Origin: Zootoca vivipara
Lineage: Eukaryota
Length of the DNA: 64,000 nucleotides
Direction: 5' to 3'
Assembly (NCBI RefSeq): GCF_963506605.1
Contig: NC_083289.1
Span: 7,502,001-7,566,000, forward strand
Shown: in pieces, positions 37,441 to 51,188 of the stretch
How positions within the stretch are numbered: position 1 is the first letter of the stretch
How the letters are laid out: every line of letters starts with the position of its first letter
The notes under the pieces: generated by a model
Database searches by the model: none
Seen by the model: the letters and a program-made list of their open reading frames with translations, nothing else
Told to the model about the DNA's origin: nothing
Translations under genes and position numbers: made by a program

Positions 37441-39449
37441 TATTCTGGCCAAGGGAGGTTTTGCATTTGCTCAAAGCACTTGCCGTTTCAACAAGTGTGC
37501 AAAGGGCTTCCAGGAATGCCTCTTGGCATGATGTCCAGTGCCCAATTAGCATGATATTGACAGCTTTACTACAGTAATAGGGTTCAGCAGACTTAAGCCC
37601 TTTTGAATGAAAGTGTGTGTCAGGGCTGGGGGAGTCTGTTGCAAGAATACTTTTTCCACCTTTGGTCAGGTTGACCAAGACTGGAAGCCAGGAACATCTG
37701 GAGTGCTCCAAGTAGTCCACCCCTCAGATAGGCTATATCCAGGACTTGTGGAAAGAGATGTAGGGGAGTCTCTCTTGGTACACCCTTATAAGGCATGTGA
37801 CGAGTCCCAGAAAACAACAACGGTGAATGCATTTCAAACTCCCAGGCATCAGAGGGGGAAAGGCTCCATCCAGGCTGGCCCACAGCAGAACCAAACCCAG
37901 GGGATAAGTATTGGTGGTCATAGGGGAAGCCAAGTCCCCAGCTGGACCTTGACCTCTGCCTTGAGCAGGGCAAACAAAAGGAAGTGTAGGAGAAGGAACT
38001 TTGGGCTCAGTTGCCACACTCCAGAGAATGGTATAAAATAGGCCTTTCCTTGCATGTGCAAGGAGGGGGAAGAAAGCTGTTATTGGATTATCAATAGGCA
38101 GCCCCAACCCACAACCTCCTTCAGCAGAAATCCTTGGATGAAAATAAGCAACCAGCTCAGGAACTGGCTGGGAGAATGATAACTCCACACAGCAGAAGGA
38201 AGGCACCCACCAGCCCCTGGAGTGGTCTGCATCTGAGCTGAAACCCTCTCTGAGCCTGACCTCCATCTCTGTTAGGCCAGGACCACGCTGCAGCCACAAG
38301 TCAGAAGATCAGGTGCACAGTCTGCTGTGGGTTGTCGCATCACTCTGGGGCTCTGACCCTCTGGCTCCAAGCATGTTCCAAAGCTGGTTTTAGCTCCCAC
38401 CTCACCTACAAACTCCAACACAAGGTTTACGCAGAGAAAGATGATGCAAGTTTCTGGGGAAAGTGATATCGTCCACGTCTCCCCTACCTTGCCACCAGAA
38501 CAGGCCACATCAATGAATTCCCGCTAACTGCAGAGTCATGCTGCAAATACACTCAATACTGGCTGGATTCTTTACTGGATCACAGGGGTCTGCTTGCTCC
38601 ATCGAGGAGGGTTGGGGCGACTTTGACTCTAGTGAGAAAAACCTGACATGGGTCCAACACCTGGCCAAAATTAGATGCATTATGGATAAGTGTCTCCAGT
38701 CATGTTCTCAAGAGGATATAGCAATAACAGCCACTGCAGGAGAGCCTTGCCAAAAAATTTCTGGATTCACCCCACAAATCCAATTCTGTGTGAAGAAGCC
38801 AGACCCCTCCTGGTCCAGGCTGGGTTTGCACACTGGTGGTAGCGGAGGTTTCCCCCCTCCCGCAATGTGAAACAGAATTTGGGGCCCCAACGTTGGCAGC
38901 CACATGACTGGTAGACATTAGGCTCAAAACCAGCTTTTGGCCACATTCCATGGTTTGCTAGTATCGCTCAGAAGCGAGAGGCTGGAAGGAATCTCTTGGG
39001 AAGACACCCTGAGGACAGCAGAGGAGCTGGGGCACAGGGCTGGGAGGCACATGCCAGCAGGATGATGGCTTGGTCCCACCCTGCTGCTGCTGCTGCCACC
39101 GTCCCTTTTCCTGGCCAACAGTGACAACGGGCAGTGGAGACACATTCCTGCCAAGCAGCCCGGCCCCTGCTCCCCACAGCTCTGCGGCCAAGCTCAGGGG
39201 GCTGGCTCAGGGGAGATCCTCGGACAGCACCTTCCAGCAGGATCAGGGTTTCCCAGACGTGGAGAAAAGAGGCTTCTGAGGACAAGAGTGCAGAATGAGT
39301 GTGCACAGCTATCCTTTGGGGGAGGGGGAGAAGGACCTGAACCAAATAGATGGGGCCATTCCAATGTCCTAGCAAACCCTCCGCTGCTTAGGAAGGCATG
39401 TTTGTCTCCTGTGATGTTACTTTGGAGTCAACTCCGAAGGGTAATTGGG

Positions 39450-40900
39450 AGTCCTTTCCATCTCACTAATTCGTCGCTTGCTTTTAATGCGCCCTGAGAT
39501 CTATTGCCCGCTTCGCAACTCGCCGGCAGGAGACGGAGAGCTCCAACACTAAACCATTTTGCTCCATCAATCGCCTCTTTCGGGAGGGAGGGGAGCTGGG
39601 GGCGCTGAATCCTCCCGGCTCTCCCTCGGCGAGGAGACCCTCCAAACTCGGCAAGCCTGCAAAGGGAAAACTGACATCGGGCAACATCTCGACGTTGCTC
39701 CTCCGTCCACCACCGCCGCCTGCCCATCGCCAGCCCTCGATTTATCCTCGTTCAGGAAGAGCCTCTTTCGCAAAGCTCCGTGGATCCGTCCGGAGACGAT
39801 TTGAGGGGGGGCTCCACTAACACTGGAAGTCACCATCAAGGGTTCTCTCCCCCCTCCATACTCCAGCAGCTCACATAAGAGTCGAGGGAACTACCCCCAC
39901 CGTGGGAGAGTCCCACAGCCCCACGCCGGCATTTAATTCCCCCTCCCTCCTGCCCGCCGCGAGGGGAGACTCCGAGGGAGCTGGAAGCCGACGGAGGCGG
40001 CGGCGGGCTGGGCGCCTCTAGCATGGGGTCGCGAAGCGGGGAGGCTAAGAAGCCCGGAATGGCACCGGTGGCGAGGCTGCCCGTCGGCAGGCGGAGAGCG
40101 GGCAAGGGCGAGGCGTGTGCCGCTGCTGCTCTTGCCCGCCTCGTGGGGACGCGCCGGGAGGGCGGCTGGGTTCCCTTAGGACTCGGCGGCTGCCTTGCCT
40201 CACTCCCGGGGCCGCCACTTGACGCCTCCCAGGCCAGCGAGCGAGCCCGGAGCTGCGCGTCTCTCCGCGGCACTGCCCGGCCCAGCCTCCGCCGTCCCTC
40301 CGCCGACTTACCGGGCAATGTACGGCGGCGGCGGCTCCTGTCAGCGGCCGGAGCAGGGCGCTTCTAAGGCCGGCTCCGAGGAAAGGAGTCCACGCCGCGC
40401 CGCTTCGGTCTCCCATCGCGCCCGTCGCAGCAGCCAGTTGCTTGTTCGCTGCTCGCCTGGCACAGCGGAGCGGAGCCGAGCAGCGCGCGCCTCGGCAGCC
40501 TCGTCGTCTGTCTTCCTCCTCCTCCTCCGCTGCTACTGCAGCGCCTCCGCCTCCTCGGCGCCTCCTCCTCCTCCTCCTCTCTCCCCGCCCGCGAGGTCTC
40601 GGCCGCCCCGACGCAGCCGCCTCCCCCTGCTGGCCGCGCTGCCTCGGGAGCTCCGGGTCCGGCGGCAGAGCGAGACCAGCCGGGCCCTCCAGGGCCACGT
40701 GCCGCCAGCGGGTGGGGGAACCCCTTCCGATGCTACGCGCCCTCTCCCACCAGGCGGCTCCCGAAGGCCAGGCCGGGGCTCCAGGGGCCTGCCTGGAAGG
40801 GGGTGGGGGCGCTCTGCAGGTTTCTCTTCTCCTGCTTCTGAAAAGGTGGAGGAAACCGTGGGGGGGGAGGCGGGGCGGGGGGCTTCCTTCCGAAAACAGC
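39450..40900. promoter_or_regulatory. CpG island / UNC13C promoter
   Basis: This is the only long non-TE region with very high GC and CpG density. It has GC boxes (ggggcggg near 40870) and overlaps the putative exon 1. Confidence 0.85.
40312..40650 (-). other. UNC13C: Putative UNC13C non-coding exon 1 (5' boundary approximate)
   Basis: A consensus donor CCG|gtaagt lies at 40312/40311 inside the CpG island, with a GGC/GAG-rich leader typical of neural first exons. The TSS cannot be determined from sequence. Confidence 0.65.
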
Positions 40901-41724
40901 ACTGGCTTGCAGATCCCTCCCAAGCAAGTAGACAATTAGGGATGCAAATATCAATACCGTAATATAATACTGTATGGAGGAGTCGGTGGAAGCTTCTGCC
41001 TTAATAGGTGTGTTCAAGGTGTCCAAAGACCTTGTTTTGTTCTTCATTCCGTTTGTATCGCACGTTCCTGCCCTTGGGGGAATCTGGGGATACCTCAGGA
41101 GATGGAGAGAAATGACAGATAAAGCCATGTAATAAAGTAGCAGCAACTCAAGGGCAGTTGTGCCTAAAAGGCAAAGCAACAGGCCTCCACCACCAACTGA
41201 AGGCATCCTTCTTCCGGGGGCTGTAAAGGTGGTTCCCTCCTGCACTGTCAAAGCACCAGAGCCGACTGGGAACTGGGACAGATTCAGTCTTCAACTCTGA
41301 ACATGTGCAGGGAGAATTTGCACCACTTTGGTTCTCTGTGCATGCTCTAAAGCCTGCAGCTCTATGTGGGTGGGGAATCGGTGATCTTAGCACCAGCAAA
41401 GGCTTGGGGAGGTGATGCCCGTCACTTCCAAAGTGAATAGAGAAAGTGAATAGAGAGCACCCAAAAGAGGAGAAGGCTCTGCCTTCCAGGAAGAAAAGAA
41501 CAATGAGCAAAAGACGTTCTACAGCAGCGTCTCACATTCCTGGAAAAGGCTGAAGAAGCAGGTGTCACATGCAGTTGACAGAATGGTGTTCTTGGGGCCA
41601 GCTCCCAGATTTTGAGCTTCTTTCTTCTTCTATCAGTCTGAAAATGTTTCACGAACTGCCAGGATTTTTATTTTAAGTTACATGTAAGAGGGTGTGTGTG
41701 TGTGTGTGTGTTGTTATCACTTTG

Positions 41725-42855
41725 TCGACAGGAAACTCCCCACCGGAGTAGAAATCATATATCAAACAGATGGAAAGCTCTTCAATCTGAGCAGGCTGAA
41801 AGCAAAAAGTAATATTACCGTAACTTCCGTCATAAAGCTTCAGTATGCTGATGACAACGTAGTGTGCGCACGCTCAGAGGATGACCTCCAAACCATCCTA
41901 AATATCTTTGCAGACGCTTACGAAAAGCTTGGCCTATCACTCAACACCCAACAAACCCAAAGTGCTGCACCAACAAGTACAAAATAACCCCTCTGCAGCA
42001 CCACAAATCAACTCAGTGGTGTAACGTTGGAAAATGTTGATCACGTCTCCTACCTAGGCAGTTACCTTTCCACAAGGGCCAACATTGATGCCGAAATCCA
42101 GCATCGCCTGAGCTCTACGAGTGTGGCTTTCTCCCGATTGAAGTACAGAGTGTTTGAGGACCGGGACATTCACAGGGAAACCAAAATGCTTGTTTACAAA
42201 GCTATTGTACTACCAACCTTACTATATGCTTGTGAAACATGGACCACTTATAAACGCCATCTCCAACTCCTCGAAAGATTCCATCAACAGTGTCTCTGAA
42301 AAATTGTACACATCACTTGGGAAGACAGGCGAACTAATATCAGTGTACTGGAAGAAGCAAAGATCTCCAGTGTTGAAGCAATGATTCTTCAACATCAACT
42401 TCGTTGGACTGGTCATGTTGTGTGGATGCCTGATGATCGTCTTCCAAAGCAACTACTCTATTCCAAACTTTAAAATGGAAAGCGTAATGCTGGTGGTCAA
42501 TAAAAGAGGTTTAAAGACTGTCTCAAGGCAAATCTTTTAAAATGTAGTATAAACACTGACAGCTGGAAAACACTGGCCTGCGAGCGCTCCAATTGGAGAA
42601 CAGCCTTTAACAAAGGTGTCATGGGCTTTGAAGAAACTCAATCTCAGGACGCAAGGGAGAAGCGTGCCAAGAGGAAGGCATGCTTGGCAAATCCACACCA
42701 TGATCAACTCCTCCCCGGAAACCAATGTCCCCACTGTGGAAGGACGTGTGGATCCAGAATTGGCCTCCACAGTCACTTACGGACCCATTGTTAAAATCGT
42801 GTTTATGGAAGACAATCTTACTCGGCTACAAGTGATCGCCAAAGAAAGAAGAAAT
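41725..42855 (+). mobile_element. RTE-clade LINE (non-BovB), 5'-truncated, decayed
   Basis: It gives GVEIIYQTDGKLFNLSRLKAK, LQYADD, YLGS and VYKAIVLPTLLYACETWT, a C-terminal CPHCGR..GLHSH-type zinc finger, and a (GAA) tail. Confidence 0.88.
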
Positions 42856-44625
42856 ATATGTGGTGGTGTTTCATTCCTGCCACTCATCGGCTCAGCCTTC
42901 CTCTACAGAAACTTCCCACGTACTTTTTGTGTTGAGGCCTGAGCTCAATTCGGGAGAGATTTGGCGCCTCTTGCCTGGTGCTCTGCAGCTCATGGCTTAT
43001 AAAACAATCCCATGGAGTATATACGAGCATCTGTTAAAGTCAATTACAAGGTTATTGATCTGCCTTGGAATTAAAAGACCATAAAGAACTAGTCTTGCCA
43101 GCCAACTGTCCATTTTGGTCTTAGCAAATCTTGTCTGGGGAGTATTATAGGTTTGCACATAACAAGGTTTGGAAGGGGAGGGGCATCATCTTCCTTGGGC
43201 AAAAGTTGGTGGGGGTGGGAGGGAGGAATGCAGCTTGACTGACATCTGCAGCGTCCCTGCTTATGGTCTGGTTGACCGAGGTCTTTCGTAAAAAGGCTCC
43301 CCCCCCTCCAGATCCCTCCCAGGATCACAATCCAGCATGTTATAACAGCGAGGGCTGAATGGCAGCCTTACCGCTGCATTGGGGCCTGACTCCCCCCCCC
43401 CACACCCTTCACAAATCAGAAATGCTGAATATGTGTAGCATTTGGAATGGATCAAGACCACCAGACCTTGTTGCCCACAGACGAAACAACTAGACTGGAG
43501 CCAGGACAACCAGACCAGTTTGTTTCCATGGCAGGAGGAACTTGTGGGCAATCTGAAAACCACCCATTTCCACGAGTGCACCTCTTAGGCGTTGCTTCCC
43601 TGGTGTCTAGTTTAACCCAGGCCCTGGAAAGCGTTGCTGTTGAGAACTGTTAGGTGCATTAGGGGTGGGAAGAAAATGATGAAGAGGTAAAGTGTTATTT
43701 GCAAATGCCTGCATTGCTGCCTGGGTAGGGGGCAGAACCTGGAACCTCCTGCCTTCCTAATAAAAATGCTTCCATGGCATGCATACATAGCAGAGATTAT
43801 TCCCCCAGACAAATAATCCGGCATCAGCTACCAACAGATGACATTTCTATACTACGTAATTAGAGTAATTTCTATACGCTTCACTGCTGCAGTGAAATTG
43901 CTTTACTATAAGTGAAATTCCAGATGCAAAGAAACTGGGTTTTTTCTGCTCTTAGCCTGGGAGGCTGAAGAGTTTGCAGGGAATACAATTTTTCTCTTCA
44001 CCTGCTGGAGGGGACCCACGCCTCCATCAGCCCACTGGAGCCCTACAGAAAGCAACCGCTGTCAGCATAATTAAGACCAGAGTTGATCCTTAACTCCAAA
44101 AGACAACTTTCCAAGCTCATCAGTATCACCAGCTTGCAAAACGTGGAACAAAATGTGTGCTGAGGAGAGGCGGGGTGGGGGGGGTGGGGGTGGAGAGGGA
44201 GCTTTCTTACACATCAGATTCCTTAGCTGGATAGAACTAAGCCAAGAAGAGCTCAGTAATCCCCGGAGAGCAAATAACTTCATGGCAATTTCATTTGCAA
44301 AACATTGGAGATGGACAATGGCTCAAGCTGCAATATTACATTGCAGCGCAGAAGAAAATCACCCCCCCTTCACCGCCTGCTCTCCCGCACCCCTTAATGA
44401 ACGTCCATCCGCCTCTTTTCTTTTGCATTCAGAATTATGTCCAAAATGTGTCCAGCCCCTAGTATGAATTCAGTGATGATGGCTGGTTGTGTGTGAGAGA
44501 GCTAAGCCACCCCTGTGCAGTGTGCCTTGGAAGGAAGGGGCTCTGCTTTCAGAAAAGGACACCTTACAGGGGGGCAGGCCAGAGCTGTGGATTTGTGGGC
44601 CAGCCCGCAGGCTGTTGGCTGCACC

Positions 44626-44941
44626 CAGCAGCATAGCTAGCCACTCGGGTGCCTGGTGCAGGGGCGTGCCCTGCCCCCGGGGGCGGGGTGAGCCTCTCCA
44701 ACGCTTGGAGCCTTTCCACCGCCTCCTCCTCAGCTGTAGGGCAGCTGTAGAGGCAGACACAAGTCACATGCTGCAGTTTTAGGCAGCGTGGAACCTGCAG
44801 GCGCCTAAGCCACCACGTCACCCCTAAAAAGTTTCGTGAGCTCCCTTTTAAATATATATATATATATCTCGTTTTGTCACACCCCCCCTGAGTAATGACA
44901 CTCAGGGCGGACTGCACCCCCACCCCCTTCCTTCACCACTG
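44626..44941. mobile_element. Non-autonomous hAT element
   Basis: A perfect 8-bp TSD gctgcacc flanks cagcagcatag...tcaccactg. Confidence 0.7.
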
Positions 44942-45179
44942 GCTGCACCACACTCCTGGGGGGCTGTTTTGATACTCAGCATTATTTTATCTCACCTTCC
45001 TCTCACAAGGAGCCTAGGGTGGCAACATTTGAAAATTAAAATACGTGTCAGTTGTGGAAAATTCAGCACCTGTATTTGTTCTGTGAACCGCCTGGAGACC
45101 TCTGGGTATAGGGCAGTATATAAATTCAATAAATAATAAGAATTTGATGCATGTCAGAGCAAAAAAAATCTGAATTTCT

Positions 45180-45505
45180 CATAGATGCTCATGGGGTCTA
45201 AACTGGCAGTGACTGACCATGAACGAGATCTTGGGCTCATAGTGGATAGATAGGGATGAATTTGTCAACCCAGCATGCAGCAGCTGTGGAAAAAGGCAAT
45301 GTTCAATCCTAGTGATCATTGGGGAAAGGGTTGAAAGTAAAAGTGCCGATCTCATAAGGCCATTATACAAATCTGTGGTGTGACCACATTGGAAATGCTG
45401 TGTACAATTCTGGTCATCTTGCCTCACAAAAGATAATATAGAGTTGAAAAAGGATCAGAAATGAGCAACCCCAATGGTTAAGAGATTGGAGCTGCCCCCT
45501 ATGAG
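45180..45505 (+). mobile_element. Old CR1 LINE fragment
   Basis: It shows degenerate ERDLG, PLYKSVV.PHLE.CVQFWS-like coding. Confidence 0.65.
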
Positions 45506-45534
45506 GATATTTGGTCCTTTGACCAAGGGGGGCA

Positions 45535-45700
45535 GGGCGGCTGTAGCTCAGTGAATGATGATGTGCCTGCTTGACATGCAGAAGGTTGCAGGTTCAAATC
45601 CTGGGTGGCATCTTCACACAGGGCCAATAAAGGTGAGCAGGGGCAAGTACTGTCAATGAGTAGTAGATCCTTGTGGAACCTTGGGAGAAACAGCCTGACC
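45535..45700 (+). mobile_element. tRNA-derived SINE head (Squam3-like)
   Basis: It has A-box tagctcagtg, catgcagaagg and B-box ggttcaaatcc. Confidence 0.55.
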
Positions 45701-48700
45701 TCTCCTTGTAGTTGCTCTCTGATAGCTTGTAAATTTTCATATTTTGCACCCTCCAAGTCAAAGCCAAAAGGAGTTGTAGTTGCCACCTGGCTTCTTCCTT
45801 CTGCACTTAGAACGAAGGGACAAAACGCCTCTCTTCACTCTGAAAGCCCATTTTCAAATGTGTGTCTTAGCACCCCTCACTCCCCATGTCCAAAGGGGAG
45901 GGGAGAGTTCCCTAATATGCCTGCCCCACATTCCTCTTAGAGATGAATTTGAAGTATACAGAGAGCCCCTTACCAAGTGCTGCAAGGGGGCACCCTCTAC
46001 GATATGCCAAGGGGAATTTCCCCACCCAATGCAATCTCTGGGGTTTCTGGCTGGCTGCTTGGCGCAGATTAAAGGGGCTCCCAGTCCTTCACTCATCTCT
46101 CCCCCTGCCCCATCTGTGCTAGCAGAGTCCACAAAACCCTCCAGCTTCCTTGGCAGGCTCTGCCCAGCTATGTCAACCTCCCTGGAAAGAGGTGCAGCTG
46201 GCCAGTAATTCAGTTACAGGTCTGTCTTGGGAGCCATACAACACTCCTAATACAGTGACCAACCATAAAACCAGCAATAAATAACACCCCACAAATCTTT
46301 AAGAAAGAGAGAGCTAAACAAATCAGGGACTTGACTGCAGGGCTGAGGGACCAGTGTCCTTCCTCCTGCCAAGCTGATTCAAAAGAGCAGCAGAGGCTCC
46401 CCCGTTGCCAGAGAGGTTGCACAACCCATTGGGTTATTGTGAGATGTTTCTGCCAGGGAACCCCTGTGGGAATGTTAGGGATGTGGATTAGGATATATTA
46501 TTAGATAGATCCTATCCAAGCTTGTGTTAGCAAGCTTCCAATATCAGCAGAGTGACATTCCCCTTTTGTGCGCAGCAAAGTGTGAGCGTTAGGTTTGTTA
46601 GAACCTCTGCAACAATATTATACTTCAATATTATACTTCCTGGCAAATCCCCTTTGTCCCTCTTAAAAGAAATACACGACACAATAGTATTAAAATAAGT
46701 TAGAGTTTACTCACATGACATCCTGAGTTAACAGCATAATCTCAGAAAGGCAGGCTTTCGTAGAAAAGTTACAAATATATACATCTGGAGACTACTTAGC
46801 AAAGTGAGGCTCCATCTGGTCTCTCTCTTGGCAGCAGGCCAAGAGGGAGAACCATCCTAACTGGAGATGTGTTCCCGTTGAAGGAGAAATGGCTAAGAGA
46901 GAGAATGGCTGCTGGCTAGGGGCTTTTGTCTGCCAGCTAATCCATCTCACCTGCATATCTGGAGGAACAGGAACTGAACTTAGTCAGGTGTCCCTCTAGG
47001 TGAGTTCCTCTTAGTGGACACTCTAGGAACTGTTGTGACTTGTCTGCCTCAGTGTTCCATCCCACAACCCCTAACCCTGCCTCTCCAGGGCTTCAAGAGA
47101 GATGGGATTTCCCAGGAGCAAGCAGAGTATGATCTCTGCCCAGGCAGACAAGGCTGCCTAGTCTTTAGGCTAGGCTTCTTCAGTACTTCCCGCATCTGGC
47201 ACCACCAGCAGCAAAAGAGGACATTTTCCCAGTTGCATGTCCTTCCTGGAGGGATGGGGAAGAAATCCGAATTCGTTCACATTCCAAAGCAAAACTATGT
47301 GATCCACACATTCTGAAGCAATGCGTCAGTTAAAACACACTCCTTCAAAACCTGCATTTCTCCAAAATTTGCAATGCCATTCCCCAGCCAAGTCATGTGT
47401 TCAAAAATGCATATAGTAGGGTGAATTGTGCACAAAAATGCCCTTACAGCATAACAAATAACATAACAAGTGTGTTAGGTACAAGCCAGCTGCCCCTGTC
47501 GAACTAACACAGAGGACAGCCCAGCACGAAGGGCAGATCATTAAGCAGTTTTCCTTCAAATGTTTAAAAATGCTGGAGGATAAATCTGCCCATGGATTTT
47601 CATTACAAGACATTATTCAATGCATTGCAACAATCCTCCTTCAAAGAGCTGCTAGTGTTTGTCATCAGCATTACCGTAATCTCTCGCTTATGGAAATCTA
47701 CCCAGCCAGGGCAGCTCCTCTGCAGTCTCCATTCATGGCTCTGCACTGCACTTGCTCCTCCTGCAGAAACCTCACTAAAAGGGCAGGGAGATGGAGAGCA
47801 GGGCTGCTTACACCCAGAACCAGCTAAAGTTCCATTCATAGATCAACTCCGAATTCCTGTGGCTGAACATCAGTTTGCCCCCAGAGCAGTCAGAGGGGCC
47901 AGGATTTTCTGCCACCATCAGAGGAGTCTTTATAACTTACCAGACATTATGCCTAATTGACCAGAGAGCCTCCAGGCAGAAGTGAGGGCCCCAACAAACT
48001 GTATCAGATTTACAAAATGAATGCAGCAACCACAGAAGCATATTGAGCTCAACCGTCCCCCCAAAGTGGTCCCCCCTTGCCTTGCCTCATTCAGTACCTG
48101 TCATGTGGTTTCCTTGTCTCCTGCAGAATTTCTCCTTGTGGATTCCATGGCTTACCGTAGGCAAACTCCTCACATGGTAGCCAATCCATCTTCCTAAAGG
48201 GCTCCCAATTGCATTCAGTTTGAGAAAGCTCACAGAAACACAATCCTTAAATCTGTTTTATATACAGCACCTAGATGCTGCAGGAATTCCTGGATGCAGC
48301 AAATGAGCTGGAAGACGATGCTGGCAAGACTCATTCGCCTCCTGCCACCCAGCCCTGGGGATGAGGCACAATCAGACGCGTTGTGGTGGTAGTGAGGAAG
48401 GGGGCTGCATCCGTAGGTCTGCTCAGCAGCATCCAGTGCCCCTGGGAAGCATGGAAGCAATCTGAGGCCACCCAGAAGCTGTGCTGCTGACCCCATGGTG
48501 GCCCTGGCGCCCACAAAGAGAACAAGTGACAGCAGAACCTGCTCTGTTCAGCCTCCTCCCCCATATTCTTCCACAACTTAATGTGCCCAAAGCACAGGCA
48601 TGGACCAGTGGGGACGGATGTGAGGTGATCATGCATCCTGCTGTCTGCCCAAGTAAGGTAAGTTGTATGGGCAACCTAGCATCCGCTTCAGCCTCCAGCC

Positions 48701-48942
48701 ATCCTGAAGGCCACCTTCTCTTTCAAGGGCCACAGCAGTAGGAGTGTTCAGAGGAAGCCCCCCTAATGTGAAGCTTTTAAGGAAGCCATTCCAGACCACT
48801 CCTGAAGTCACCCAGTGTCACCAGAAAATAGGGACACAGACAGGCTGCTGCCAGGCCTATATATGTGGAGATGCCCAGGAGCGAAACAGGAAAGACCAGC
48901 AAGCTCTCCTTCCTTCTGCTGCAAGAGCTTTTTCTCCATCTC

Positions 48943-49481
48943 CTACTCTATTCTGCCTTGGTCAGACTGCACATGGAGTCTAGAGTCCAGTTCCGGGTGC
49001 CACAATTTAAGAAGGATATTGAGAAGCTGGGAGGTGTGCCAAGGAGGGTGACCAAGCTGATCAAGTGTCTGGAAACCAAGCCGGATGAGGAACGACTGCG
49101 GGAATTGGGTATGTCTAACCTGGTAAAGAGGAGACTGAGAGGGGATATAATAACCATCTTCAAATATCTGAAGGACTGCAGCACAGACGATAGAACAAGC
49201 TTGTTTCCTCCTGCTCTGGAGGCTAGGATCCGAAGCAATGCATTCAAGTTACAAGAAAGGAGATTCTGATTAAATATAAGGAAGAACTTTCTGACAATAA
49301 GAGTTTTTCAATGGTGAAAAGGACTTCCATGAGAGGTGATGGACACTACTTCCTTGGGAGGGGGGGTTAAGCAGAAGTTAGGTGGTCATCTGTCATGTAT
49401 TATTTAGTTGAGATTCCTGCATTGCAGGTGGTTGGACTAGATGACCCTCGGTGTCCCTTCTAACTCTATTTCTATGATTCA
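48943..49481 (+). mobile_element. 5'-truncated CR1 LINE
   Basis: It encodes LLYSALVRLHMESRVQF...KRRLRGD...FKLQERRF and ends in the CR1 3' tail. Confidence 0.9.
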
Positions 49482-51188
49482 ATTTTAGGCTCCCTGCCAA
49501 AGGCTGCCATAGCAGGGGATTTCAGGCAGCTAGACCCAACTTTGAGGACCTCCCTCCTCATGCCACTTCCACTCTGGTTATCATCATCACCACAACAATG
49601 TCCACCTTTGTTGTCTTGCTCCGCATTCCCCGGTCTCACAGTGCCATTAGCTTATGAGCCTTTGAGACAAAGATGCTTTCTACCAATTTGCTGAGGACAA
49701 AATTTCAGTTGACAGGTCTGCAATTTCCAAGATCCCTCCTTGATTATTTCCTTCTCAGTTGGTGCTCCATTGGCCGCCTGCCAATTTTTGCCTTTTGTCT
49801 TGGAGCTCTTCTGTAGGAACCCACAGCTCAATGGGCAGCTAAACAACATCCCCTCGCCTCTCACGGCATGAGATGCTCTCATGGCTCTTTGAGGTTGAAT
49901 CAGGCACATCACAGACAAAAAGCCCAACATCAGGCAGGCTTGGGTGGTGAGCGTCATTTCTCCAGGGGTTTTATGCAAATACTTCCATCCTCTGGCTGAT
50001 TCAAATGGCCCAGACCCATGCCCCGTAGAAAGGCCTGGTTTCAACCTCCTCTGATCACCCAACATTTACTCTGATGATGGCACTCCAATGCTCTAGCTGT
50101 ACTACAAGACTGTGGCTGCTGAGGGCCACATGCTATGGCTCACAGGTCTCTTCTGCTGGCCATTAAGGAAGGATCCATAGAGGAGCTGGCAGGAGTCAAG
50201 CGAGGCATTATGAAACACAGCTTCATCTTTTTGCAGCCTAAAAGACTTTCATCAGAACTGAGCTAAGCTGTGTTGTGAAGCTGGTTGGTGTGATCAACAG
50301 TTCTTTGGCAGGTTAATTCACCGCAGCTACAGTTAGTACAGTTCAGTGGGAGTGGAACTCACTAGAAGGAAGGCAAGGGCACAGTCAGAAAATCACAGAG
50401 GCAAAAGAGGTGGAGAAGGAGGATCCAAAAATTGTGGGAGAACCAAATCAGCTGCTGGCAAAACCTGTAGGAACAACAGCTTTCTCTTGCTTGAGACATC
50501 ATTCACTTTATAACCCTGTAGAAATATTTGGGACCAGGCAGTAGAAGAAACCATCCTGAGAAACAGACGAAGAGTTCCAAGAGTGGTGGAAAGTTCTTTC
50601 CAGTACTGACTGCAACAGCATTTTCATTCAATAACCTAGTCAATACGCACTTATTAGGAATGGGCTGAAAACAAAGAATCTCAGAGTAATTTATTATTTT
50701 CAACTCCATTAAGATGAGGCACACTGAGCCATTCTCTTATTATTTCAAAGACTTCTTTTCAAACAGAGCATTAGATGTGTGCATCACAGTTAAAATTCCA
50801 AGATACAACCAATGTTTATATATATCAAAAGTGAACCTCGAGAGCTGATCAAACCTCTCCCAAATAAACAAGCTAGTGACATGAGAATTATCAGCTCTGA
50901 GAAACGGCAGAAGCGAGAAACGTTTCCACCAACCACAAACATTCAAGCAAAATTGCTTTGAACATGGTTAATAATGATAATAGGGATGAAAGCGCTCACA
51001 TTTTACCTCCCAGTCGAGCATCCTGGAATTGCAGCTGGCTTGTCATAAAGCAAATGATAACATTCTCTACCTTTTCTATGGCTCAGACCCAGCTGGCTGT
51101 TGCAGGGCCCCTGCTTCACATCCTTAGAAAAGAAGACACAACAATCGGCTGTAAATATTAACCTGCATATCAACAACTCATCTAAGAG

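Noticed and set aside
39210-39232. REST/RE1 silencer near the promoter
   Set aside because: Only the right half-site (cctcggacagcacc) matches, and the TCAGCACC half is missing.
39836-40962. Long overlapping ORFs (160-296 aa) in the CpG island
   Set aside because: They are low-complexity Arg/Pro/Ala/Gly frames on both strands, expected from stop-codon scarcity at high GC.
46470-47340. Possible solo LTR
   Set aside because: It has LTR-like composition and a TGT start, but I could not define a matching CA end, TSD or PBS/PPT.
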